Part shown: positions 30,418 through 38,137 of the stretch, piece after piece
How positions within the stretch are numbered: the stretch's first letter is position 1
How the letters are laid out: every line of letters starts with the position of its first letter
Translations under genes and position numbers: made by a program
Assembly (NCBI GenBank): GCA_015523565.1
Contig: WAKA01000204.1
Location: forward strand, 12-64,011
Origin: Candidatus Heimdallarchaeota archaeon
GTDB taxonomy: Archaea; Asgardarchaeota; Heimdallarchaeia; Heimdallarchaeales; Kariarchaeaceae
Direction of reading: 5' to 3'
Length of the DNA stretch: 64,000 bases
Notes under the pieces: generated by a model
The model's input: only the letters and a program-made list of their open reading frames with translations
Told to the model about the DNA's origin: nothing
The model's database searches: none

Positions 30418-31110
30418 TCAATCTGTAGAAAATGGCTTTCTAAAATACACAAGGGCCGATAGGATACTGGCACCAATGATGACTGCAAGGGTTGTTGAAA
30501 TAACTAATGTCCAGTCAACATCAGTAACCTCAAACTTAGGATAATAGAGGTCGTCATCTGACTTTTCCTCAATTGGGAAAAATTCAAGGGAAACACGATT
30601 CCCAGTAACAGTATGAGGGTCTCCCCAATGATCCAAATAATCAACAGTAACTGGATCAATATCAAATACCTTATCCCGAGTCGCATTAACACTAATTGCA
30701 AAAGAGATCCCAGAACCGTTGATCAATGAATCAAAGTTAAACCTATAATAGGTTTTGTTGAAGAATGCAGAGTTAATGTGAATCATTTTTCCATCAGCCA
30801 TTGGCATTTCTGCTGGGGTCGTAATATTGACGACGTCGGTAAGATTGCCGAATGGGGAACGGACAATTTCCAAGTCATTTGGCAGGGACTGCGAAACATT
30901 GACATTGCGCATTGTATCGTTTGAAAGATTTTTTATCAGTACTGTAATGTTCACCCATGTTCCAGGGTTCAGTTGGTTATCTAAAGCCGCTGCATCATGA
31001 ATGGATATGATGGACACCTTATTTGGATCGGTTTTGAATGCAGATGCAGGCATAAGGCTTAAACTGAGAAATAATGTCAACAGAAAAATTGATTTGCCCT
31101 TCACGGTCAC
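30418..31110 (-). CDS. Surface-exposed protein: signal peptide, sequon-rich beta domain, C-terminal TM anchor
   Basis: 230 aa with a GTG start preceded by AGGAG. Signal peptide IFLLTLFLSLSLMPASA; at least 7 N-x-S/T sequons; C-terminal TM helix LVISTTLAVIIGASILSALVYF. Confidence 0.55.
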   Translation of the reverse strand: MTVKGKSIFLLTLFLSLSLMPASAFKTDPNKVSIISIHDAAALDNQLNPGTWVNITVLIKNLSNDTMRNVNVSQSLPNDLEIVRSPFGNLTDVVNITTPAEMPMADGKMIHINSAFFNKTYYRFNFDSLINGSGISFAISVNATRDKVFDIDPVTVDYLDHWGDPHTVTGNRVSLEFFPIEEKSDDDLYYPKFEVTDVDWTLVISTTLAVIIGASILSALVYFRKPFSTD

Positions 31111-31154
31111 GTTCTCCTAATTTCTAATTTCTGCATTTTTCATCTTTATTTAAT

Positions 31155-31170
31155 GCTAGCGATCGCTAGC
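31155..31170. promoter_or_regulatory. Perfect 16-bp palindrome GCTAGCGATCGCTAGC in a divergent promoter region
   Basis: The palindrome is directly readable. On the minus strand it abuts an ATTAAATAAAG TATA-like element about 40 nt upstream of the GTG at 31110. On the plus side it is followed by two copies of TTAGACATT (31171-31179 and 31193-31201) bracketing a TCAAATAAAAAT TATA-like box. Confidence 0.35.
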
Positions 31171-31327
31171 TTAGACATTTTCAAATAAAAATTTAGACAT
31201 TAAGAAGAAAATATGACTGGCAAGTAGAAAAATGTAATAAAGCATTGAAACAATTGAGAAAATGGGGTAGATCCAAATACTTCCTGAAGATGACTATTGG
31301 GCTCGCCTTGCAATAGAGGCAAATGAA

Positions 31328-31738
31328 ATGAGAAGAGAAGAACCTAGTTTTGAACCAATCAATAATGATGTTACAAGATGGAAAGGTTTCATTATTGGTA
31401 CTGGGTTATATGATGGAGGGGTATTTGTGTTTGAAATAAGAATTCCAAGGGAGTATCCCTTTAAGCCCCCTGAAGTTAAAACAAAAACCCAGATTTTTCA
31501 TCCCAATTTTTTCAAGGACAGGATTTGTGTAGGAATTTTGGGCAAGGATTGGACACCTGCAAACAATCTTGTTGATGTTGTGGAAAGCCTAAGATTTTTA
31601 TTAAGCAATCCAAATCCAGATGATCCACTCCATTCAGGAGCCGCAAAAATGATGAAAGAGAATCCAGAAGAATTCAAAAAGAAAGTTCGGGAATGGATTG
31701 ATAAATATGCAACATGGGATCAACCCGATCTTTATTAG
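31328..31738 (+). CDS. Ubiquitin-conjugating enzyme E2 (UBC fold, eukaryote-like)
   Basis: Canonical UBC core: YDGGVFVFEIRIPREYPFKPPEVKTKTQIFHPNFFKDRICVGILGKDWTPANNL..LLSNPNPDDPL, with the HPN motif, catalytic Cys and a conserved Trp. GAGG lies 8 nt upstream of the ATG at 31328. Helix-1-like sequence continues in frame upstream (see findings). Confidence 0.85.
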   Translation: MRREEPSFEPINNDVTRWKGFIIGTGLYDGGVFVFEIRIPREYPFKPPEVKTKTQIFHPNFFKDRICVGILGKDWTPANNLVDVVESLRFLLSNPNPDDPLHSGAAKMMKENPEEFKKKVREWIDKYATWDQPDLY

Positions 31739-31820
31739 TGGCTTACCAATTTAACTTAGTAACTTTTCCAACATTAAATAAGAAGATTTATGGAAACATT
31801 GATTGTTTTGAAAGATATAC

Positions 31821-32177
31821 ATGAGATCATTCCGGTTGAAACTTCGATTTTGGAGAAGAGGAAAACCTATTTTAAAAGAACCTAGAAAAAAGGTTGAGCT
31901 TAATCTTGAAAAAGCACATGAAAAATTCATAAGTCTTAGTAAAAGACTAGAGAAGATTATGAGTGAGGAATCTGAGGCAAATGCATGTGAATCGCAAATA
32001 CTATCAGAAGTTTCATTTTTAGAAGATACACAAGTTTATGAAGCAGTATTAGGACGAGTTCAAAAAGTCCCTTACCCATTGCTCAATGAAAATGATTTAG
32101 GGGTATGGCTACTTGATTACTATACATCACTAATTGCGAAAATAGAGGCTTTGCTTGAATTGGAGGAAGACATATGA
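31821..32177 (+). CDS. Hypothetical 118-aa protein between E2 and the 1036-aa ORF
   Basis: The ORF has a very basic N-terminus and a helical, acidic remainder. Its stop overlaps the ATG of the next ORF (ATGA at 32174-32177). The N-terminus is uncertain because a 31-codon ORF from the ATG at 31790 overlaps it in another frame. Confidence 0.45.
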   Translation: MRSFRLKLRFWRRGKPILKEPRKKVELNLEKAHEKFISLSKRLEKIMSEESEANACESQILSEVSFLEDTQVYEAVLGRVQKVPYPLLNENDLGVWLLDYYTSLIAKIEALLELEEDI

Positions 32178-35100
32178 CAACGCTTTTGTTATTTACATCA
32201 ATGAAGGAGGGTACAGAACATTTAGAACAGATTCATAGTTATGCAACCTTATGGAAAGGAAACAAGACAAATGACATGATTCAATTTGTGGATAGCTTTC
32301 TTGATCCCATAGAATGGGAAAGTTTTGACCCTTGGGAGGATCACCATTCTCTAATTATTCAAAATGGGATGACTATCTTTATTGGTTGGAAGGTTGAATT
32401 GCAGAGTGGAATCATAATTTTTAATTCAATTTTGTCTCAAGAAACAGATATTTCAAAATTTCTTAATTGGATTTGGTCATTTACACATACTAGTGCAAAA
32501 TATTGGGATGAATTATTGGAGGAATTAATCGATCAAGAAGAAGAAACAATTTCTAAAATCCCTATAGATATAACAAATCATCATATACAAATTGATTTTG
32601 AAGATAGAGGGACATTCATAAATAAGGTTACACAATTTTTCCAAGACAATATATTTGCAATTCTTTTCTCACCTCATGTCTTGATTGATGCTGAAAAGAT
32701 GGAATTTGAAGTTTTACAAGAGGTTTCTCTTAATGATCTTGAAATGTTTTACAATGCATTGAACTCTTCTAACCAACACATTAAGCATTTTACTGAGAAA
32801 ATTGTTTTTTGGCTCTCATTTAAGAATTATGAAGATCGAACAAAGGAGATACAAAAAATCATTAAATTGGTTGCAGATTTACTTTTGCTTGATTCCGTCC
32901 CTTCAATGGCAATTTTAGCGAAACACGCAGAAATGCTAAGTAATATTGACAAAGATCATTTTCTACTTTTGGTTCAACAATCTATTCAAGAGTTTAAACC
33001 AGACCTAAGTATTTCTGTTGAAGACCTAATAAGAATGGCAGACATAGTCTATAAAGACAGTCAAGAATTAGCGTTCATGATTGCAGGTCTTGCACTTGAA
33101 TTTATATTTAAAGACAATTCACTTGATTCTCTTGTTCTTATGGCAAAAACAATTTCTCATTGGAATACAAAGCAAATGATTGCGTTGGTTGAAACCCTTG
33201 CATCGCAATATCCCAGTCCAACTGAAGAACAAAAAGAAATACTCACAAAAGTTTATGATGAATTAAGCAAAGACATATCCGATCCAGAAGGCATTGAGTC
33301 TATTGCGAATGCATACTGTACTATAGGCAGACAAAAAGAGGCAGTTCTTCTGCGATTAAAACAATTTGACAAGATTGAGGATGAAACTGACACATTTGCC
33401 CTAGTAGAAGTGATTAAATGGGCAATTAGAATTCCAGGCATTGAAGACAAAGAACTTGCAGAAATTATAGCACCCTATTTTCTGACTGCAATGGAAACTT
33501 CCCCGGCAGGACCTTATTTTCCAGATCAAATTGGGGAAATTTACGAATATTTAGAAAAAGACCAAAAGAAAATTCTAATACTTGCAATTACAACCCAGAT
33601 TGTCAAGAATATTGATCTGGTGCCTATTTTGGAGCAATCTAGGACATTAGAAATAGTTAAGGGGTTCTTGAAAAACAAAAATGATTTTCTTGATTTAGTT
33701 GCAATTGTCAATGCAAAATTACACGAACTGTTAATGGAAGAAGGCAAAGAATCAAAAGAAATTGTAAAAGAGTTGTTTAGCTATATTGAAACAAGGAGAG
33801 GGTCTAAAGAAATTATTTTACCAATAATAGAGAAGATGTTGGTTACAACTGCAAAATTTGGGTCAGTTGAAACATATACTAGAGTTCTAGATTTTATTAA
33901 AACAATGGAGTTGGATATAAAGACAAGACACAGAATTTTTGAAATGATGGATTTGGCAGCTAAAAATGCAGTCAGTTTTCAATTAGAAGAAACAAATAAA
34001 GAGCTTGGGATTCAAATCTATTATGATATCCTTTCTTTTGCCATCATCAACGAGGATAGTGAAATACTTGCTCAAATAATGGAACATGCAGTTCAAAATG
34101 CGATTGAAATTGACAAAAGAGAAGCAATCATTGATTTTTCCAAAGGATTATTTACCTTTTCACAAATTGCAGGGATTCAATCATGGGTAGGGAAAATGAA
34201 TGAATTAATGGAAAAAATTGTTGAAAATGGAAAAGTGGAACTCTCAAAAGTTATTTTCCATGAAATTATCGAACTTGCCCCACCTCCAAATGACAAAGAG
34301 CAATTAATAGAAAAACAATTGGACATTGCCTCAAAAATACCAGACTATCTTTCCCCTGATGAAGAAACAGCGATGTGGCAAAACCTTTTGGCAATATTCA
34401 ATTTACAACAAAAATATGACGAAATCCTTGAAACAGTTGAAAGAGGATATCATGCATTTATTTCCCATAATCGTCCAATTGAAGCCTTTCATTTCTTAAT
34501 TGATGCCATTAATGTTTTAGATAGGGACGATTTTGATTCATTAGAACCAAAGCTTATTGATTCCTATCTTTCGGTTATTGATTTTTTTGAAAATGAGGCA
34601 GACAGTAAATTTGTTGCAAAAACACTTTATAATTTATTTACAGAACTTCTTAATCACGTATCAAAACATCTTTCAAGATTAAATGAAGCTATTGAAATTA
34701 CAATAAGCGAGTTAATCATCAGGTATATCAAGACAAAGGATGTCAAACAATTAGAATATGCCAATATTTTCCTTACGTTTGTTATAGAGAAGATTCCCAT
34801 TGAAGAAACATTGCCTATTCTCATCAAATCCTTTGATCAAATAATTCGGACACGAAAAAAATTTGATCCAAAATATTCTTTATTTAATGAGTTTATGGAT
34901 CGACTTAGATTTTTGAGTGCAACGAGGCAAAGAAGAGAAGGCTTGAAAGAGCTAAGGAAAATCCTTTATAAGTTTAAGAAAGCTGCTTCAAAGGACAATA
35001 AGATTAAGCAGGAGATGATTATTGGGATTTATTTAATTGGAAGTTTTTATTTTCAAATGGATTGTGATTTTGATGAGCAATGTAAAATTGAAATACAAGA

Positions 35101-35284
35101 AATAGCTGTAAATTATTTTGAGGCCATGATTGGGTTGAGCAAGAAGGAAACTGGGTTTACAGAGTTAATCCATGAGCTTTATGAAAAAGTAAGGCGGTCT
35201 CCTTCAGAAATTCGAACAATCGTTTTTCATCTTGATAGATTGATTAATTCCTACGAAGAGTATGAGCTTTTATTGGCCCGTTAG
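32174..35284 (+). CDS. Large (1036 aa) predominantly alpha-helical repeat (solenoid-like) protein with a mixed alpha/beta N-terminal ~110 aa
   Basis: A long uninterrupted ORF with coding-like composition and translational coupling to the upstream ORF. Leu/Ile/Glu/Lys-rich amphipathic segments run throughout, with no TM segment and no catalytic motif recognised. Confidence 0.7.
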   Translation: MTTLLLFTSMKEGTEHLEQIHSYATLWKGNKTNDMIQFVDSFLDPIEWESFDPWEDHHSLIIQNGMTIFIGWKVELQSGIIIFNSILSQETDISKFLNWIWSFTHTSAKYWDELLEELIDQEEETISKIPIDITNHHIQIDFEDRGTFINKVTQFFQDNIFAILFSPHVLIDAEKMEFEVLQEVSLNDLEMFYNALNSSNQHIKHFTEKIVFWLSFKNYEDRTKEIQKIIKLVADLLLLDSVPSMAILAKHAEMLSNIDKDHFLLLVQQSIQEFKPDLSISVEDLIRMADIVYKDSQELAFMIAGLALEFIFKDNSLDSLVLMAKTISHWNTKQMIALVETLASQYPSPTEEQKEILTKVYDELSKDISDPEGIESIANAYCTIGRQKEAVLLRLKQFDKIEDETDTFALVEVIKWAIRIPGIEDKELAEIIAPYFLTAMETSPAGPYFPDQIGEIYEYLEKDQKKILILAITTQIVKNIDLVPILEQSRTLEIVKGFLKNKNDFLDLVAIVNAKLHELLMEEGKESKEIVKELFSYIETRRGSKEIILPIIEKMLVTTAKFGSVETYTRVLDFIKTMELDIKTRHRIFEMMDLAAKNAVSFQLEETNKELGIQIYYDILSFAIINEDSEILAQIMEHAVQNAIEIDKREAIIDFSKGLFTFSQIAGIQSWVGKMNELMEKIVENGKVELSKVIFHEIIELAPPPNDKEQLIEKQLDIASKIPDYLSPDEETAMWQNLLAIFNLQQKYDEILETVERGYHAFISHNRPIEAFHFLIDAINVLDRDDFDSLEPKLIDSYLSVIDFFENEADSKFVAKTLYNLFTELLNHVSKHLSRLNEAIEITISELIIRYIKTKDVKQLEYANIFLTFVIEKIPIEETLPILIKSFDQIIRTRKKFDPKYSLFNEFMDRLRFLSATRQRREGLKELRKILYKFKKAASKDNKIKQEMIIGIYLIGSFYFQMDCDFDEQCKIEIQEIAVNYFEAMIGLSKKETGFTELIHELYEKVRRSPSEIRTIVFHLDRLINSYEEYELLLAR

Positions 35285-36441
35285 TTTTTTTTATTCACAA
35301 AATCAGAGATGCGTTGCAGTCCATCTTCAAGATTTTCTAACTTTGTGGCATAAGAAATCCTAAACCATCCTTCACCATGTGGACCGAATCCAATCCCTGG
35401 AGTAACAGCAACTAGTTTTTCTTTAAGTAATTCTTTTGCCCATTTAGCAGTGTCTTGTACATCATGCAATTTGAACCATCCATACATTGCCCCTTGTGGT
35501 CTTAACAAATCAAATCCCAATAGTTCCCCATCAAGTTCAATCAGTCGATCAAGTCTGGGTTTCATGATTTCCTGTATTCTCACCCTCATTTTCCCAATAT
35601 TCTTCAATGCAACCACAGCGGCATGTTGTGCAAAATTTGTGGCACAACTTGCAGTTAACTGCATGACTTTGTTTATTTCATTGGTAATTAATTCATTGGA
35701 TATTGCATATCCAACCCTAAATCCAGTCATGGAAAAGGTTTTTGAAAAGCCATTGATTGCAACACCATAGTCTTTCCAATTATTGATTTTTGTCAGAGAG
35801 AAGAAAGGCTTGTTACCAAAGACATATTCATTGTATATTTCATCACTGATCAGCAAGATTTCATTTTCTGCACAGAGATTATAGAGGCTGGCTAGTTTTT
35901 TCTCACTGATGATTTGTCCAGTTGGATTACAAGGACTGTTGACGATTAAGGCCTTTGTACGATCATCAATCAGGTTTCTAAGATCATCTTCATCAAAAGT
36001 AAAGTCTTTTCCCACTTCCAAGTATTTTGGGATGCATCCAAATGATTTAATGATAGAACCATAGGAAACCCAAGAAGGATCAAGCACGATTACATTGTCC
36101 CCTGGATTACAGACAGACCATACTGCACCAAATATGCCAAGTTTTCCCCCTGCAGTCACCACTACCTCTGTTTCAGGGGATGCATCCACTTGATAATAAT
36201 CGACAATGCTTTTTCTTAAATCAAAAATCCCTTTGCTTTCAGTATATTGAACCTTGCCATCCATTACAAAGTTTGCTGTTGCTTCAAGAACTTCGTCTAG
36301 GGGGAGAAAGTCTGGTTGACCAATAGCAAGATTAATGACATTTTTTCCCATTCGTTGAAGTTTTTTGGATTCTGCAAATACCTCTGCTGTGACCGATCCA
36401 ACAATTGAAGAGAGACTTTTTGAAAGTTTATTTGACTTCAA
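35281..36441 (-). CDS. Class I/II PLP-dependent aminotransferase (aspartate aminotransferase-like)
   Basis: NLAIGQPDF, NSPCNPTG, and the PLP-lysine block FSKTFSMTGFRVGY, at 386 aa. Confidence 0.85.
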   Translation of the reverse strand: MKSNKLSKSLSSIVGSVTAEVFAESKKLQRMGKNVINLAIGQPDFLPLDEVLEATANFVMDGKVQYTESKGIFDLRKSIVDYYQVDASPETEVVVTAGGKLGIFGAVWSVCNPGDNVIVLDPSWVSYGSIIKSFGCIPKYLEVGKDFTFDEDDLRNLIDDRTKALIVNSPCNPTGQIISEKKLASLYNLCAENEILLISDEIYNEYVFGNKPFFSLTKINNWKDYGVAINGFSKTFSMTGFRVGYAISNELITNEINKVMQLTASCATNFAQHAAVVALKNIGKMRVRIQEIMKPRLDRLIELDGELLGFDLLRPQGAMYGWFKLHDVQDTAKWAKELLKEKLVAVTPGIGFGPHGEGWFRISYATKLENLEDGLQRISDFVNKKN

Positions 36442-36522
36442 TACATTGGGCTCATTCTTTCATATTATAAACAAGTTGAATTAACCCAAAACAGATTCTG
36501 AAAAATCAATCCCATGTTAGAC

Positions 36523-36539
36523 GCGCGACAATGTCGCGC
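36523..36539. promoter_or_regulatory. GC-rich palindrome GCGCGACA-A-TGTCGCGC
   Basis: 8+1+8 perfect inverted repeat, followed at 36545-36550 by TCGCGA. It stands out in an otherwise AT-rich intergenic region between divergent genes. Confidence 0.4.
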
Positions 36540-36650
36540 CTCTATCGCGATTTTCAATCAATTTTCATCGATATGTTATCTAACTTCTTGAAGTTATTTA
36601 AGTCATGATAATATTTTTTCATCACATTTTAGGAGGTTATTTTGGAGCCA

Positions 36651-36680
36651 AACGCGAAAATTTGGCGGGAAACGCGATAG
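36651..36680. promoter_or_regulatory. Cluster of E2F-type sites: CGCGAAAA - TTTGGCGGGAAA - CGCGA
   Basis: 36661-36672 reads TTTGGCGGGAAA. Its bottom strand TTTCCCGCCAAA matches the eukaryotic E2F consensus TTTSSCGC 8/8. The flanking bottom-strand TTTTCGCG (36652-36660) is a near match. The cluster lies 136-157 nt upstream of the ATG of the E2F/DP-like ORF. Confidence 0.45.
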
Positions 36681-36807
36681 TAGTTCAATTTTCCCTTTTC
36701 ATGGGGTGATTCATATCATCTACATAATGTTTATAGGCAAGGATGAAATAAGTAAGTTCAGAAGGACAAATGATGATAGTTCATCAATTGTCGGTAGAGG
36801 ATGAATC

Positions 36808-37170
36808 ATGAAGCTCAGAGAAATTGCGGCTCAAGCTATTGAAATCATTAAGGAACGGGGAGCAGAAGGAATAAACAACGCAGAATTGGCACAATTGGTA
36901 GGAACGCCAAAAAGAAGGGTGTATGATGTCATTGCTATCCTTAAGGCGGCAAACCTAATAACAACAGAACGTGATGGATCAGGGACTAGAATCTATTGGA
37001 CTGATGAAAGCCAAGAACTGCAGCAACAATCCAATGGAACTTCATTTGTTGCATCAAAACTACGGGTGTACACAGATGGATCCATCTACAATGTTGCAAA
37101 TAGAGGATCTGAAGTGGTAATTGAATTGGATGATCAAGCAAATCTTTTGATTGAGACATTAAACGATTAA
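36808..37170 (+). CDS. E2F/DP-family-like winged-helix DNA-binding protein (120 aa)
   Basis: Residues 3-64 (LREIAAQAIEIIKERGAEGINNAELAQLVGTPKRRVYDVIAILKAANLITTERDGSGTRIYW) align by eye with the E2F DNA-binding domain (..[41 protein letters not shown]). This includes the DNA-contacting RRxYD motif (36913-36927) and the terminal Trp. GAGG lies 8 nt upstream of the ATG. Confidence 0.65.
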   Translation: MKLREIAAQAIEIIKERGAEGINNAELAQLVGTPKRRVYDVIAILKAANLITTERDGSGTRIYWTDESQELQQQSNGTSFVASKLRVYTDGSIYNVANRGSEVVIELDDQANLLIETLND

Positions 37171-37181
37171 ATTAAAATATC

Positions 37182-37742
37182 TTATGCGATAGTTCCACTT
37201 TTATCAAATGTAAAAATACCATCCATGAATGTTTTAGGTGACTTACGGCGTTTTCCCCGCAGTCGTGTCAACTCCTGAATGTTAGCACAGGTTTGTCCAA
37301 CCTTTTCTTTGTCAATGCCACTTACATAGACATTTTCGCCATCGACCTCTACCTTTACCCCAGGCAAAATTTTTGCGAAACGGGGTTTACGGCCACCGTA
37401 AAGATTCTCAACCTTTACTTCAGACCCTTGAGGAATGACTTTGATGGGGAAGTGGGAAAATACGATTTTCATGCTGTATTTGTATCCTTTAGTTACACCA
37501 TGAACCATGTTTTTGACATGGGACTCAATTGCACCTAATAGAGCTTTTTCCTTTTTTTTCGGGAAGAAAACTGAAATAACAAGCTTGCCATCTTTCTTCT
37601 CGAAAATTAGCCCACTAAAGGAAAAGTCTCTTGTCAATTCACCCAAGGGACCTTTTACAGTCACAACTGAGCCGTTCAGTTGGAGTTCAACATCTTCTGG
37701 GATTTCTACTGTTTTCTGTAATCTGCCGAACATATGAATCAC
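37182..37742 (-). CDS. rpl6: 50S ribosomal protein L6 (uL6)
   Basis: IPEDVELQLNGSVVTVKGPLGELTRDF..HVKNMVHGVTKGY..SHFPI, at 186 aa. It abuts the S8 stop. Confidence 0.95.
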   Translation of the reverse strand: MIHMFGRLQKTVEIPEDVELQLNGSVVTVKGPLGELTRDFSFSGLIFEKKDGKLVISVFFPKKKEKALLGAIESHVKNMVHGVTKGYKYSMKIVFSHFPIKVIPQGSEVKVENLYGGRKPRFAKILPGVKVEVDGENVYVSGIDKEKVGQTCANIQELTRLRGKRRKSPKTFMDGIFTFDKSGTIA

Positions 37743-38132
37743 CTAATAGACATATGCCAAAAGCCGACCACCAACATGATGTTCCAAGGCTTCTCTTTGT
37801 GTCATCACACCTTTTGGGGTAGTCAACACCAATATTCCAAAATTGACGGCAGGCAAATACCTTTTCTCAAATTCGTCAATTTCACTAACTTTTGTCGGCT
37901 GTCTTGGCTTGATTACGGCACATTTGTTAATCCGACCAAGAAGTTGGACACGAAATTGTCCTCCTTGTGCATCTTCCACTCTTTCAAATTCGCCGATATA
38001 CCCTGCTTTTTGTAGTGTTGCAAGGACGTCTTGGATAAGATTGCTTGTCGGACGTATTAGTACCTCTTTCTTACCAGCTCGATCATACGTGTCTATTTTT
38101 GATAGGGCGTCTGCCAATGGATCAAATTGCAT
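37743..38132 (-). CDS. rps8: 30S ribosomal protein S8 (uS8)
   Basis: DPLADALSKIDTYDRAGKKEVLIRPTSNLIQDVLATLQKAGYIGEFE..GILVLTTPKGVMT..EA....GGRLLAYVY. Confidence 0.95.
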   Translation of the reverse strand: MQFDPLADALSKIDTYDRAGKKEVLIRPTSNLIQDVLATLQKAGYIGEFERVEDAQGGQFRVQLLGRINKCAVIKPRQPTKVSEIDEFEKRYLPAVNFGILVLTTPKGVMTQREALEHHVGGRLLAYVY

Positions 38133-38137
38133 AATAA

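Noticed and set aside
31790-31885. 31-codon ORF (METLIVLKDIHEIIPVETSILEKRKTYFKRT) overlapping the 5' end of ORF 31821..32177 in another frame, raising the possibility of a frameshifted gene
   Set aside because: This frame terminates (TAG 31883-31885) before the A6 run at 31886-31891. I found no slippery site that would join the two frames. I therefore record only an uncertain N-terminus for the 118-aa ORF.
36642-36680. Tiny upstream ORF (TTG-GAG-CCA-AAC-GCG-AAA-ATT-TGG-CGG-GAA-ACG-CGA-TAG), preceded by AGGAGGT and covering the E2F-like site
   Set aside because: It has only 12 codons and a TTG start, and there is no evidence of translation. The GC-rich words are better explained as protein-binding DNA sites. 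I keep it as an alternative explanation that ribosome profiling could test.
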